From positions 1,642,912 through 1,706,911 of the forward strand of contig NW_003314301.1 in the NCBI RefSeq assembly GCF_000143415.4: a stretch of DNA of 64,000 nt, in the 5' to 3' direction. Of the stretch, positions 37,901 to 52,089 are shown one piece after another (positions within the stretch are counted from its first letter, which is position 1; the number at the start of each line of letters is the position of its first letter). This stretch comes from Selaginella moellendorffii. Its lineage: Eukaryota > Plantae > Lycopodiophyta. A model generated the notes under the pieces. It made no database searches, was not told the DNA's origin, and worked only from the letters and a program-made list of their open reading frames with translations. Made by a program: the position numbers and the translations under genes.

Positions 37901-38600
37901 ATAAGATGAGGTTCACATGCTCAAGAACTTTGAGATTTTAGGATAACACCCTTGTTTAATATTTCCTTGATATTTGTGTGTAAAATCTTGATCTTCTTTA
38001 GTGATTGATGCTAAATAAGAATTTTGATTAGACGAGCATCCCCAGTTAGAATAGGATGATGTATTACAATCTTAGCCTTAGATGACAAGTTAGAGTTAAA
38101 GAGATTAGCATAATTCTTTTTAAGTCAGTCCACCACAACAATACAAAGACTATCTAGGGGATCTTGAGAAGGAGTAAAGGAGCAAGATAGAGATATAGTA
38201 AGAAGTAATGGGAGACAAAATAATAGAAGCAGAGGTAGGAGCAAAGGGATGAAAAGAAACAAAAGTTTAAAAAATGAAAAAAATGTAAAGAAGTATGAGA
38301 TAAAGGGGAGAAGCTAAGGTCAAAAACTTGACTTGGCACCACCCATAACAATTAAAATTTAAGCTTGAGATCACCCACATGCATAGTTAGGTCCATCTTA
38401 TCTCGTGTATATGCATATGTATACTCATTGCTATAAAGAATGAAGACTGACTTTACCATATAATACAACTTTAGATGGCAATGTGTGGCAACAAGCTGAG
38501 GAATAAAAGATAAACTCAAGTTTATATCAACAAATACAGAGAGAAAAATATAAGACCTTTTATTATAAAAACATGCTTAGAAAGTAAACACAGATAAACT
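34950..38600 (-). mobile_element. Decayed Ty3/gypsy pol (protease, RT, RNase H, integrase)
   Basis: IIIASDYLTHWVE (integrase), WALKLQIYNFDITY and ILCVDVCDIGL (RNase H) and VMPFGL-like DNA near 37690. Many stops; a ~170-bp tandem duplication at ~36545-36846. Confidence 0.75.
37277..37456 (-). mobile_element. Solo LTR of the Cassandra-like TRIM family
   Basis: Shares GGGGGTGCACTCTTGTTCATAG..CCCTTTCCC with 38814-39395; near-TSD GGTAA/GATAA. Confidence 0.7.
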
Positions 38601-38813
38601 AGTGTCGAGTGAACCCCTTGATAATACTTCCAAAAGAAAGATGGAGGGATTATTAACTTATTTGCACAAAGACTCTCTATAACTTGTGTGACTCTTTGTT
38701 TCCCAGAAAAATCCCTATGTCAAGATATTCCATTGTAGCAACACCAACAAATCATTGTTGATACCAAGGCCTCCACTTAGAAAATGGAGGATGTCAATCT
38801 AAAAAATGCCGTC

Positions 38814-39395
38814 AGTAAGCTCTTGAGTTTGGACTTCTTGGGAGGTCACCCAGCCTAGTACTATTCAAACCCAAGGCCTAGTACTATTTAAACCCAAGGA
38901 CGATTAACCCCAAATATCCCAAGACCCTTAACCAATTGAAAAAGGGGGTGCACTCTTGTTCATAGGCCCTTTCCCTCTATATTTGAACCCCAACGGATCA
39001 TCTCTCAAGTTGCTCCTTTTGGTTGCTTATAATGCACTATGCTTCCCTACAAGTTCACGCCCTCGTAAACAAAAGCTGAGAGCCGCAGCTCTCTCGAAAG
39101 CCCTGCTCTCTTGACACCCTACCCCTCGGATCGAGCCTAGCGGGAGCAAATTGGACCAACTAAATGTCAATCAACATATAGTGCGATTCCTATACCAAAT
39201 GTAAGCTCATGAGTTTGGACTTCCCAGGAGGTCATCCAGCCCAAGTACTATTCAAACCTAAGGACACTTAATCCCAAATATCCTAAAACTCTTAACCAAT
39301 TGGAAAAGGGGGTGCACTCTTGTTCATGGGCCCTTTCCCTCTACATTTGAACCCTAACGAATCGTCTCTCGAGTCGTTCCCTTTAGTTGCTTACA
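38814..39395 (-). mobile_element. Cassandra-like TRIM: two ~200-bp LTRs with a 5S rDNA-derived core and a short interior with PBS
   Basis: LTRs at 38814-39031 and 39200-39395. The reverse complement of 39217-39271 (TTAAGTGTCCTTAGG..TAGTACTTGGGCTGGATGACCTCCTGGGAAGTCC) matches the 5S internal control region. PBS TGGTATAGGAATCGC on the minus strand. Confidence 0.85.
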
Positions 39396-39477
39396 ACAAC
39401 ATCAACCTCCATTAGAATAGAACCATCTCCCACAAGAATTAGAGCTGAAGGATGTATAGTGGAAGCAGAAGAGGTAA

Positions 39478-39686
39478 TGTCAGTGGGGTACCCGTTGCTC
39501 TAGTTAGTGGGGTACCCTCCTCCTTGCGTTAGGCCACTGGTATGCCAAAATTGTGCCAGACTCCGTTTGATACCATTTTGCGTGTAGGTGCTGAATATGA
39601 GAAGCTGGTGCTTGTCGGATTGTACTGGACCCTCATTTCGTAACGCAACAGGCTTGGAGTTCGATTCCAAATTCAAGTGTGCTACA
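39478..39686 (+). mobile_element. LTR fragment related to 33366-33837
   Basis: Shares the 3' end GCTGGTGCTTG..GGCTTGGAGTTCG..AAATTCAAGTG.GCTACA. Confidence 0.65.
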
Positions 39687-40911
39687 AAAGAGCATCATCA
39701 AGGGTGACTAGAATGAATGCATGCACAATTACCATAAGATCTTGATGAAAATGATAGCCATAACATTTTGAAATTGATTCACTTCGACATATTTAACTCC
39801 ACATAAAGCACTAATTCAAATGGCCCTTGACAAAATTGATGTAATTGTTGAAAGGTATTATCACAATCATCAGCATATCTGAAGATGTCTGGAAAAATAT
39901 TTCAATTTGTATGAGTGGTTGTGCTCAAACCATTATACCATTGTAATGCCGTCTTTTGGAGACATAAGGAAAACTCATATAAACACTAAGCATCATCCCA
40001 AGAATGATAAGTGGCTATTACCATAAAGTGATTAAACCAATTAAATAAAAAGAAAAAAAAACAAAAGAGAATAAAAAAGTTATAAGGAAAGAGATCTAAA
40101 CAATACAAAAATTAAATTTAAACCAAAATACTAAATTCAAGCACTCCTTAGGGACAATCAAAATTGTCCCTCTCTTCCACCAATGTGAGTGCATGGAATA
40201 TGAAAAAGGAATATAGAAATATGAAGGGGTTATATGATAAAAAATTAATAGAGGTGGTCAATGGGGGATATAATTGGCCAACTGGGCTGGGGCTGTAGAA
40301 GAATAAGGATTCTTCAAAATGTTGAAATAATAGTTATGGGAGATGACATGCTGTTTATTAATGCAATGTTTATGAATGCAATAATGAAAGCGTTGTAGAG
40401 GATCTTGTTCAGTCAACTTCTTCTTCTTCTCCTTTTTGATCTGTCCCAGAAGAGGATACATTCTGGGACCATGACTTTTCAGGCAGAACCAGATGAAGAA
40501 ACCAACACTGGAAATCACTAAAGTACCCTGCTCCATGTCTCGTGGCCAGAGCACTGAAAAGTAAGCGTCTCCTGACTCAACTTCCAAGGAATACCAAGAG
40601 TTGCAAAATGAGCATAGCTAGAATGCAGCGTTGTTCCTTTCTGCATCTCACACTCTGGACACTCAAAATTGCTCAAAAAGTTTGGTTCTTGGCCAATTCC
40701 ATTGATTGAGAAGCAGCGATTAGATCTCCACGATTTTCTATTTCCTATTTTTTATTCTCTGAAGCTGTAAGAAAATTATGTTGTTTGTAAAGCTGAATAA
40801 ACCGTTGACCATGTCACTAGCAGAAATCGATGTCTAATACCCTGCTGGTCTCGTTCCACAGACCTGGGTTCGTTGGAGAATGTTATATACACAAGTCAAA
40901 TACATACGCTC

Positions 40912-42732
<1,821 letters not shown>

Positions 42733-43366
42733 TTCTTGTGAAGAACAAGCGATGGTGGAGTTCCTATCTTTTGCTAGCAAAACGCCCACGCTTGAATACA
42801 AAGCTCTCCTCCCACCATAAAAGCCCCGGCCGGGCAACAAACACGCGCGCGCCAGGGATCGAACCCCCGACCACCTCTCTCTCTTTCGGATCGATTGAAT
42901 GCTACACAACGAGCCAAAACGAATCACAATGAATGGATTTAAATGAAGACAGTCAAAAGTATATTAACCCAGCCTAGCGTGAGACAAGTATATTCTCCTC
43001 CTCCTCCAATCTTCCTGGGGCCATCTCTCCAAGTTTTTTAAAGCCTTTGCTAAAGTTTATAGCATTTGCCCAGCACTGCGATTCTTCCAACATAAACTTC
43101 TCAAGATCACATGGTCTCACCGGAAGATCTAGCACAAAGATTTGTCTCGTCAGTGTGATTCTCAGCAAGAAAAGCTTACCTCTCGCAATCGTATGGTTGG
43201 CCGCAATCATAGAACGAACAAGCGCTGTTGATATGTTATGAGGCCCTCCACCGGCCGTACAAGACCCACCGCCCTGACAGATCGTCCACTTTGTATACTT
43301 TTTTTTTTTTCTTTTTTGCCGATTAAACTGTAAAGTGTACACACAACCCAATTATTTCTCGAGGGA

Positions 43367-44930
43367 CTAACCGAGACCGCTTGTTCCAGCACCGTAAGTC
43401 ATGGGACGCTCCACTGCACGAATTCCTGCTCGCTTGTCCCATTGCTCGGGGGAGAGCGTCTCTCCCATGGCCTCTTGTCCTCTCCAGAGTATCTATGAAG
43501 AATGTCAGGCTTTAGTTGTCTGTGAGAATTTGTCTACCTTGTCCACGACGCCAAAATCCATGGCCTTCTTAGGACTCATGTAGTAAGGTCTTCGCATCAC
43601 CTTTGCAACCTTCTCTACGGGCTGTAGCAAACTTAAGTCACAACAAAAACGAAGAGAAAAAGCCAAAGCTTACGTTTCCAGTGTGTTCAGCCAGTAGCTC
43701 CACAAGTGTATCCCTGTTATGAATCACCTAAAAGAAGGAAAAAGACGTAGAGGTTAACTCTTCTTCCTAAGATAAGATGGACGAACAAACCTCCTTGGCT
43801 CTTAAGTGCAAGTCAATCGCAGGCATTTGTCCCATTGAGGGCATACGAGGCTGCTGGATCATGGCTGAAGAACACGATTGTCAAAATTAAAGATCAATCG
43901 TAATGAGAAACACCTGTGGCATGAGGAAGCATGTAACGCTTTCCCTTTGTTCCCGCTGCAAGAAGCAAGCACGCTTGACCAATTGCGGCACCGACGCCAA
44001 CTGTATGAATCTACAAAGAAAATGCAAGACACCTCTCATTAAGGAAGGAAGAAAAAAAGGCTTTTGAATTAAATTACCTCGTTTTTCACTAGCTGCATGG
44101 TGTCATGAATGGCAAAGCCCTCGGTTTCCATCCCAACCTGAAGAACACGATAAGGAAACGCTTGTTTCTCACCATTTAAAGCACAACGTACCGTCTCACC
44201 ATCCGCCCTGGAAGTTCCTGTTGAGTTTATGTACATGTAAATTGGAAGTGTCGGATCTGAATATTGCAAGTATAGAAGCTCTGCTATTACAAGTTCCGTC
44301 ACCGCTGGTACAAGCTAGCAAAGAAATCACAAACATTAAGAACAATACTTCGCGAACAAAAATTGAAGGCACATACTGGCATGCCAACGTAGACGATTCG
44401 ACTGTTTAGTAGCAGCGAAGGCAAATCCGGAGGAGGCTTGCGAGGCCTGTGTTCATTGTATGATGTTTCGACCTGATGAGAAAAAAAAGAGAGATGAAAA
44501 AAAAAAGATTAGAAGAAAGTTTGGAGCGAGCAAAGTAGAAACTTACGTGAGCTGGAGCGGCCATCAAAACTGGATCACTGAAGTTCCGGACACTGCCTGG
44601 AGTAACCATGTTGCTCACAATGTCTAGCAAGGGCGGGGAAGCTTCATCTCTTTTCTCGTCCCTGGATTCCTGGAGCTGCGCTTCGCCAAGTGGAGTTCTA
44701 GCAGCTGCTGCTAAGGTCTCTACAAATGGATCGCCGGGTTGCGAGGCTCCAAATGCCATTGCCAAAACCACAGGCCTCTTCTTGCATGAAATCCTAAAAT
44801 GCGGCATCCTAGAGTGGAAGCACAACGCCCTGCATGGAAAATTCGTCCTCTTCTATCCAGCGATTGATCGATCTTACCTCGGTGTCTTGTGGAGCTGTGG
44901 CGCCACGAAGCACTCCACCGCCAAGGCCAT
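43367..44930 (-). CDS. CLPR3: Chloroplast Clp protease non-catalytic subunit, ClpR3-like, multi-exon
   Basis: PPDLPSLLL..RIVYVGMP, VTELVIAELLYLQY..YINSTGTSRADGET/VGMETEGFAI and GQACLLLAAGTKGKR. Confidence 0.85.
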
Positions 44931-44949
44931 AGCTTAGCCCTGGAAATAT

Positions 44950-44958
44950 AAACCCTAA
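44950..44958 (+). promoter_or_regulatory. Telo-box (AAACCCTAA) in the 106-bp bidirectional promoter between ClpR3 and the P-loop gene
   Basis: Motif read directly, just after a TATA-like AATATAAA. Confidence 0.55.
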
Positions 44959-45036
44959 AAAACAGAGGAGGAGTGATGGGAATCGAGCTTGGGCCGATTA
45001 TTTAAGCAAAGAGCTGCCAGGTGGTGTGTTTTCTTC

Positions 45037-47232
45037 ATGGCGGAGCAGCAAGAGATCGAGAGCAGCGATGGCGGCGGCGGTGGATCATCCAAGGACAAGG
45101 CAGCGGCGGCACCGCTTCCTCCCGCCGATGGATCGCGGCCGCCGCGCCACGCCACATCCAAGTACGATTTCGTCAAGGTACCGGGAAATATTTCGCGCTT
45201 GCGCACGATCTAGGTCTCAAGAATCCCTCTCGTGATCGGCATTGCGGCAGCTCGCGCGCTTTGCTGCGAAATCTTGCCTGCTTGTTGACTTGCCTCGGAT
45301 TTTCTTGCCAGAATCACTTGCATTGGAGGTCTCTGGGCGTTTCTCTTTGAGATTTGGAGTGATTTAGTGTTCTAGAGCGCTGCATGTATTGGCTTGGAGT
45401 TTCTTTCAAGCATCTCGCCTTTGGATTTTCTTTTTTTCACGCTTCTCTCTGGCTACCAGGTGCGAGTTTGGCTGGGTGAGAACTCGGATCACTACTACGT
45501 TTTCTCGCGATTTCTACTCAGCCGCATGCTTACTGTGACGAAGGTAAGCCATAGATTTCTCTTTTTCTAACTATCGTGGCAAACCGTGTTGAACAGATTC
45601 CACATCATGTTGCCATTAAAATTGCCCTCGAGCTGAAAAAACTGCTGGTTGATAATAGCTTGCTGGATGTGTACGCGACTCTTCTCTCTTTTGGATGTGG
45701 AATCGCACTTAACGTTTTTCTTTTGACTTGGCAGCTCACAGACTGATCTAGAGGCAAATGTTTTCAAGGTAAGTGACACGCTTGCGTTTTTCCTGTTTCA
45801 CGATTCTTCTTTTGCTGTTTAATGATACTTATTTTATTGCGGTTTTCTTGTTTAATCTACATGGTGCTGCGAACAATGCAAAAGTTGATGGAGAGACGGG
45901 GATATGGGACAGATTACATTAATCGTTACAAGATGATGACAAGGTGATAGTTTTTACTTGCATTGGGTCCTAGTAACTAACGTCTTTGTGCTTCAGGTTT
46001 CATCATCAAAGGATTCCTCTTATTATTCTCGTTTGCGGGACTGCATGTGTAGGAAAATCGACAATTGCAACTCAGCTAGCCCAACGGTTGAATCTTCCGA
46101 ATGTGCTTCAGGCAAGCTATTTGTCCTTAAGAGTTTTAGTTGTTCGTCTTCACTTGGCTTCGCAGACTGACATGGTTTATGAGCTACTTCGGAGCTCAAC
46201 AGAGTAATTTCAGAATACTTGTCTGCATGAAAATAATTTTCTTGTTCTCTATTTTTGCAAGGGCGCCGCTGACCTCAACGCCGATATGGGAGAGGCATTT
46301 TGAAACAAAAGAAGAACTTATCACGGAATTTTGCCGGGAGTGCCGAATTGTTCGTAAAGGTGGAAATGTTTTTCTGCTCATGTTTTCTGTCTTCCTAAAA
46401 TGCTCCTTCAGGTCTAGACGGGGACTTGACTAAAGCAATGAAGGATGGAAAACCTGTCATTATTGAGGTAAGCAGTGACTGCTGCTCGGTACTTGTTGAT
46501 CGCAATTCTGCTATCTCAGGGCATTCACTTAGATCCAAGTATATATCTCATGGAGGAGAATGGGCGAGCAAGTCCAGTAAACAAAGCTGAGGACGGAGAT
46601 TCTGAGAAGTCACCTGCTCAGTGTGGTGAGAAATTGTAGACCTCAAGTTGATTTACACGCGCTTACCTGTCTTATGTGCTGTAGATGGAAAACAGCAACT
46701 CAATGAGCATGAAAACGGAAGCGCTGCCAAGCCCAAGGCGATTATTGTGCCAATAGTTCTTAGCATGGCAGATATTGATCATCAGGTACGGATTTTCCTT
46801 TTGTGAAGCTGCAAAATCTGAGGCCGGCTTTGACTATCAGATGTTACTGGAGGAATGGATCGCGTCTCGTTCCGAGAGTTCCATCACCGAGGTTGGCTAT
46901 TCATGTTAATATTGGGAATAGAAAGTTGTGACAAGTGCGCTTTCAGGAGGAAGAAGCAGCGCTTATTGTTAAACTGCGAACCATACAAGATTATCTTACT
47001 TCATTCGAGTCCCAGGTAAAGTTTATCAATCGTCATTCTAGGTTTGACCAACCTTGATCCCTCTTTTCAGGGCGTGGGAGTTGTTCCAATCTCAGCGACA
47101 ACATTTCCTCAAACTCTCGACTGGCTTCACGGCTATCTGTTGCAGGTTTTTGCTGCGCATGTTTCTTAAAACATAACTTATATCGTTGTGTTTGTGTTTT
47201 AGCGCATCGAACGGGACTGTCAGGAGGCATAG
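45037..47232 (+). CDS. P-loop NTPase, 2-phosphoglycerate-kinase/LPA1-like, multi-exon
   Basis: SKYDFVK/VRVWLGENSDHYYVFSRFLLSRMLTVTK, Walker A GTACVGKST, IIEGIHLDP. Ends RIERDCQEA*. Confidence 0.85.
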
Positions 47233-47297
47233 GCTTCGAAGCGTCCAAAGTAAAGCATTTGCCCAGAATGGGCATTTTTTTGTAGCCACTGTGGAGG

Positions 47298-49511
47298 ATG
47301 GCTCGTGCAATTGCCCGAGGATTCTTGCGCCCAACGCAAGATGTAGCGGAGATACTGCTGGGAATTTTGAAACCGGGGCCTTACCTATGTCGAGACTTGG
47401 CTGGCTATGCGTCAACTGTGACACCAGAAGTAGCCGGCAGGGTCCTCCAACAGGTAGAGGATCCAGATGTGGCGTGGACATTCTTCCAGTGGGCTGGTAA
47501 CAAGCCCGGTTTCCAGCACAACGCTTACACCTGTGCCGTTCTTCTCAACGCATTCGTCAAGGCCAAGAGGCACGAGGAAGCACACAGGCTACTCAAGGAA
47601 GAGCTCGAGCCGCTGTGCTTTCCCAACGAGATCATGTACACTACTGTCATCAACGGCTTTTGCAAGGCAGGACAAGTCGACCAAGCTTTCGAGCTTCTGG
47701 ATGAGATGAAAGAACGAGGGGTCAAGATGGACGTGCTCTTGCACAGCACACTGATCCAGGGGCTCTGCAGGAAAGGCAGGATAGATGAAGCTCTGGAGCA
47801 GTTTAAGAGCATGGGCGAGGAGTGCTCTCCCAACGTGATAACTTACAACACAGTCGTGAATGGGCTATGCAAGGCAAACCGCATCGACGAGGCACTGGAG
47901 CTGTTCGACGACATGGAGAAGAGATACGAGGCTTCTCACGGGTGTGAGCCGGACGTGATCTCCTACAGCACAGTCATCGACGCTCTTTGCAAGGCCCAGA
48001 GGGTGGACAAAGCTTACGAGTACTTCAAGCGGATGCGGGCTGTAGGCTGTGCTCCAAACGTCGTCACTTACAGCTCTCTAATCGATGGCCTCTGCAAGGT
48101 GGACAGGGTGGACGAGGCTTACTCTCTCCTCATGCAATTGAAAGGCGAAGACATGGTTCCGAGAGCCATGTATTACAATGCGGTCGTCAACGGGTTTAAG
48201 AGGCAAGGGAAGCCGTCGGAATGCCTGGAGCTGTTGCTCCACATGAAGGAGAAAGGCTTTGGGATCAACATCATCGACTTCAACGCTATGCTCCACGCGC
48301 TGTGGAAGAACGACGAGCAGGAGAAAGCCTGTCAGTTTTTCGAGAGGCTCTTGAAGAGCGGGAAGAAGCCCAACGTGGTCACTTACAACGTAGCGGTTCA
48401 CGGGCTTTGCAAGGCCGGGAGAGTCGACGAGGCGTACAGGATCCTCCTGGAGATGGTAGAGAGCAAAGTGACTCCGGACGTGATCACTTACAGCAGCATC
48501 ATCGACGGGTTTTGCAAGGCGGGCAGGATGGACAAGGCCGACGACGTTTTCACCAGGATGATGGTACACGAGTGCATCCCCCACCCGGTGACGTTCATGA
48601 CGCTACTCCACGGTTTCAGCGAGCACAAGAAGTCGAGGGAGGCTTTCCGGGTCCACGAAGACATGGTGAACGCCGGCTTCATTCCCGGCCTCCAGACTTA
48701 CAACGTCCTCATGGACTGCGTCTGCGGTGCCGACAGTGTGGAGTCGGCTCTCGAGATCTACCACAAGATGAAGCGGAAGAAGCGGCAGCCGGATTGCAAC
48801 ACTTACGCTCCGCTCATCCAGTGCCTGTGCCGAGCTCGCCGGGTGGACGAAGCCAAGGAGTTCCTAGACGTGATGGAGGCGGACAACGTTGTGCCAAACG
48901 GGGCGATTTGCCACGCGCTGGTGGAAGTTCTGTGCAAGCAAGGGGAAGTGGACGAGGCCTGCAGTGTTCTTGACAACGTTGTGGAGGTGGGATGCCAGCC
49001 ACTGGGTGAAACGTTTAAGATCCTCGTAGAAGAGCTCTACTTGAGGAAAAAGTGGGAGGCGGCCTCGAAGCTCTTGCGCAGCCCGGGATTTGTCGCGGAC
49101 GCTGCGACGTACAGCCTTTGCGTCGCGGAGATTTGCAAGGCCGGCAAGCCGGACGAGGCAGTGGAGGTGATCGAGCAGATGGTGCTCAAGGGCGTGAGGC
49201 CGGACGAGGGAACTTACGTTGCGGTTCTTCGGAGCTTGTGTGGATTGGATAGAGTGGAGTCGGCCATCGCGGAGTTTGAGAAGATGGCGAGCAGAGGCTG
49301 CGCTCCTGGGCTCGTGACATACACGCTGCTGATCGGGGAGGCGTGCTCGGCGGACATGGCGGACGAGGCTTTCAGGATCTTCGAGGCGATGGTGGCGGCG
49401 GGGTTTACTCCACAGGCCCAGACGATGAGAACTTTGAGCTCGTGTCTCAGGGACGCGGGCTACCAAGATCTTCTTGTGAGGCAGAGAATCATGACTATGG
49501 CAATCTCATGA
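47298..49511 (+). CDS. P-class pentatricopeptide repeat protein (737 aa)
   Basis: Tandem 35-aa PxVxTYxxxIxGLCK repeats, intronless. Confidence 0.93.
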   Translation: MARAIARGFLRPTQDVAEILLGILKPGPYLCRDLAGYASTVTPEVAGRVLQQVEDPDVAWTFFQWAGNKPGFQHNAYTCAVLLNAFVKAKRHEEAHRLLKEELEPLCFPNEIMYTTVINGFCKAGQVDQAFELLDEMKERGVKMDVLLHSTLIQGLCRKGRIDEALEQFKSMGEECSPNVITYNTVVNGLCKANRIDEALELFDDMEKRYEASHGCEPDVISYSTVIDALCKAQRVDKAYEYFKRMRAVGCAPNVVTYSSLIDGLCKVDRVDEAYSLLMQLKGEDMVPRAMYYNAVVNGFKRQGKPSECLELLLHMKEKGFGINIIDFNAMLHALWKNDEQEKACQFFERLLKSGKKPNVVTYNVAVHGLCKAGRVDEAYRILLEMVESKVTPDVITYSSIIDGFCKAGRMDKADDVFTRMMVHECIPHPVTFMTLLHGFSEHKKSREAFRVHEDMVNAGFIPGLQTYNVLMDCVCGADSVESALEIYHKMKRKKRQPDCNTYAPLIQCLCRARRVDEAKEFLDVMEADNVVPNGAICHALVEVLCKQGEVDEACSVLDNVVEVGCQPLGETFKILVEELYLRKKWEAASKLLRSPGFVADAATYSLCVAEICKAGKPDEAVEVIEQMVLKGVRPDEGTYVAVLRSLCGLDRVESAIAEFEKMASRGCAPGLVTYTLLIGEACSADMADEAFRIFEAMVAAGFTPQAQTMRTLSSCLRDAGYQDLLVRQRIMTMAIS

Positions 49512-49717
49512 TCATTCTATCTTCGAGATCAAAGCTAGAAACCAAGAGATGTTGATGTAACTGCCTATGCAACTTTCCAAGATCTAAAATGTGAGATATC
49601 AAACAACTAGATTCGAGTCTATCCAATTATGATCATTCTATCAAGCTAGAAACCAAGAGATCTTCTTCCTAAAAGGTGGATAAAGCTAAGTTTCCAAGAT
49701 CTAAAATGTGATGAGAT

Positions 49718-51949
49718 TTAAGAGTTACTTTCAAAATATATAGTGGACAACAACACGTAAGTTGCAGATGTTTCTGGATCAAAGCTGGCCAGCTCTGCAG
49801 CTGCTTTTGCTCCAATTGAAGGATCATTGTGGATCTTGCAAGATCCAAGGAGTGATGCCCAAGCTTCACTGTAGCCCATGCTTTGAATCAAGTCTTGAGC
49901 TCTCTTCGTCCATCCAGATTTTCCAAGGATGTCAATCAAACACAAGTAGTGCTCCCTCACGGCCCTCAAGCCAAGATCCTGCTCCAAGTATCTAAAGATC
50001 CGCAGTGCATCCTCGGTGTGGCTGCACAGATCCAAAACGCTGGTCATGCAAACTTCGTCAGGCAAGATTCCTTCCAAGATCATGTCACGAAACAATTGAA
50101 ATCCTTCCTTGGACATGGCGTTTTGGGCATATCCGGAGATCAGCAGTGACCATGAAACAACACACTTTTCAGGCAATGCATCAAACAGGCTTTTGATTTG
50201 ATCCAGGCCAGTGTCCTGCAAAAGTGCCGCGAGCATCTCATTGAACGTCACCCTGCTGTGCTCCGGCATCTTTTGGAATGTACTTCGTGCCTCGCTTAAG
50301 CCTCCATGCAAGACATAACACGACGCGAGTGTGTTCCAAGTATAAATGTCGCGGCTAGGCATCTTGTCAAAGAGGTTTTTGGTTTCCAGCAGGTGCCCAC
50401 AGCGGGCATATGCAGAGTACATGGCGGTCCACGACAGGATATTCCTTGCCGGAGCCTTCTCAAACAAAACTTCTGCCTGGAGCACATAACCAGTGGTTCC
50501 GTAGAGTTTCATTAGCACATTCCATGAAACGAGATCCTTGCACGCTTGATCGAATATAGTTTTCGCCAAGTCTGTACAGCCATTTTGAGAATATACCCGG
50601 ATCATGATTGTCCAAGTGGGAATCGACCTCACGGGCATCTTCTCATAAAACTCCAGTGCCTCGCATAGAAGCCCGTTTGCCACTTTCGCTTGCAAAACCG
50701 CATTGGCAGCTACAACATCTTTCCTGGGCATAGAATCATACGTTTCTAAAGATTCCCGGAAATGCCCGTGTCTGCCGTACACCGAGATCATTGTCGTACA
50801 TGGGACCTCGCAATGCATTGGCATTTTCTTGAAAACTCGCTCCACACATTCGAACAAATCGGCATTAGCATAGGACGTAAGCAATGTGTTCCAGCACGTA
50901 AAGTTCTTCTCTGGCATTTCAGCAAAGATTCCCTTCGCTGCATGGAGATCCCCCTCGTGAGCCTGCAAAATCGCAGCCATGCACACGAGATTCCTCCGCG
51001 GCATCCTGTCCGTCAAAACCCCCGCTTCGCCAAGATGCCCAGTGCGGGCATATCCCACAGCGAGAGCCGTCCACGTGTCCTCCGATCTCGCGGGCAATCC
51101 ATCAAAGAGTGCTTTCGCCTCAGGAATATACCCGTTTTGGGTATAACACTGGACGAGGCTCGAGCACGAGACCACTCCCACCACAGGCATCTTCTCCAGC
51201 ACAGCCACGGAATCTCTCAGACTCCCCTGCGTGGCATATCCCCAGAGCATCGCGCTCCAAGAATCCTCGTTCCTCTCAATCGCTTGATCGAAGAGGGCTT
51301 TTGCGTGATCAAGCTCGCCACTCCTGGCACACGCCTGGAAGATCGCCATCCAAGTCGCAAAGCTCATTCTTGCGGGCGATCGATGGAAATAGAGCCTCGC
51401 ATCGTCGAGATTCCCTGACAGAGCAAGAGCCCTAGTGATGGAGTCCCAAGAGATTTCGTTCGTAGAAGGCATCTTGTGGAATAGCTCCATCGCCCACACC
51501 AGATGCCCATTTCGGGCACTTGCAGCAATCGCCGCCGTCCAGGACACGGCATTCCGCCCTGGCATCGCTTGGAACATTCTGGCGGAAAACTCCAGCCGCC
51601 CGGAATCTGCCAGTGGCGCGAGCATCGCGTTCCAGCACACGACATTCCAGGCGGGCATCTTCTCGTGGATCGCGGATGCTTCTTCCAGATGCCCTCTCTG
51701 GGCGTGCGCCGCCACCATGATCGACCACGAGAAGAGTGTCCGCTCGCGCATGCCATCGAAGAGCTCGCGCGATCCATCGAGGCTTCCACAGTGGGCGTAC
51801 GCGCGGATCAAAAGATTGTCAAGCCGAGAGCCAGAGGATGATAGACCGATCGATTTTTGGATCTCTTTCACTTCCGCGAGAGATGGAGTGGAAGACTTCA
51901 GCACGGATTCCAGGAGGAGGTGAGCGTTCTTGAGAGCTAAGTTGGTCAT
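49718..51949 (-). CDS. PLS-class PPR protein with E domain and no DYW (743 aa)
   Basis: Runs of 31-aa motifs, then HYLCLIDILGKSG..WASLLGSCKIH..ATYVLLSTIY. Confidence 0.9.
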   Translation of the reverse strand: MTNLALKNAHLLLESVLKSSTPSLAEVKEIQKSIGLSSSGSRLDNLLIRAYAHCGSLDGSRELFDGMRERTLFSWSIMVAAHAQRGHLEEASAIHEKMPAWNVVCWNAMLAPLADSGRLEFSARMFQAMPGRNAVSWTAAIAASARNGHLVWAMELFHKMPSTNEISWDSITRALALSGNLDDARLYFHRSPARMSFATWMAIFQACARSGELDHAKALFDQAIERNEDSWSAMLWGYATQGSLRDSVAVLEKMPVVGVVSCSSLVQCYTQNGYIPEAKALFDGLPARSEDTWTALAVGYARTGHLGEAGVLTDRMPRRNLVCMAAILQAHEGDLHAAKGIFAEMPEKNFTCWNTLLTSYANADLFECVERVFKKMPMHCEVPCTTMISVYGRHGHFRESLETYDSMPRKDVVAANAVLQAKVANGLLCEALEFYEKMPVRSIPTWTIMIRVYSQNGCTDLAKTIFDQACKDLVSWNVLMKLYGTTGYVLQAEVLFEKAPARNILSWTAMYSAYARCGHLLETKNLFDKMPSRDIYTWNTLASCYVLHGGLSEARSTFQKMPEHSRVTFNEMLAALLQDTGLDQIKSLFDALPEKCVVSWSLLISGYAQNAMSKEGFQLFRDMILEGILPDEVCMTSVLDLCSHTEDALRIFRYLEQDLGLRAVREHYLCLIDILGKSGWTKRAQDLIQSMGYSEAWASLLGSCKIHNDPSIGAKAAAELASFDPETSATYVLLSTIYFESNS

Positions 51950-52089
51950 CCACAGGGAAAACCATTAGAGCCAAATGACGAAAAGAATTTCTTAGCTTCA
52001 GAACTGGAACTGGATGATCGTCCTGTGGCTAAAATCTCGTTGCTTGGGATCTAGATACCTCTAAACTTCCAAGGTTCTTAGTTTTTGTT

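Noticed and set aside
49508-49712. Short imperfect duplication between two convergent PPR genes
   Set aside because: A local tandem duplication of 3' UTR sequence with no further structure.
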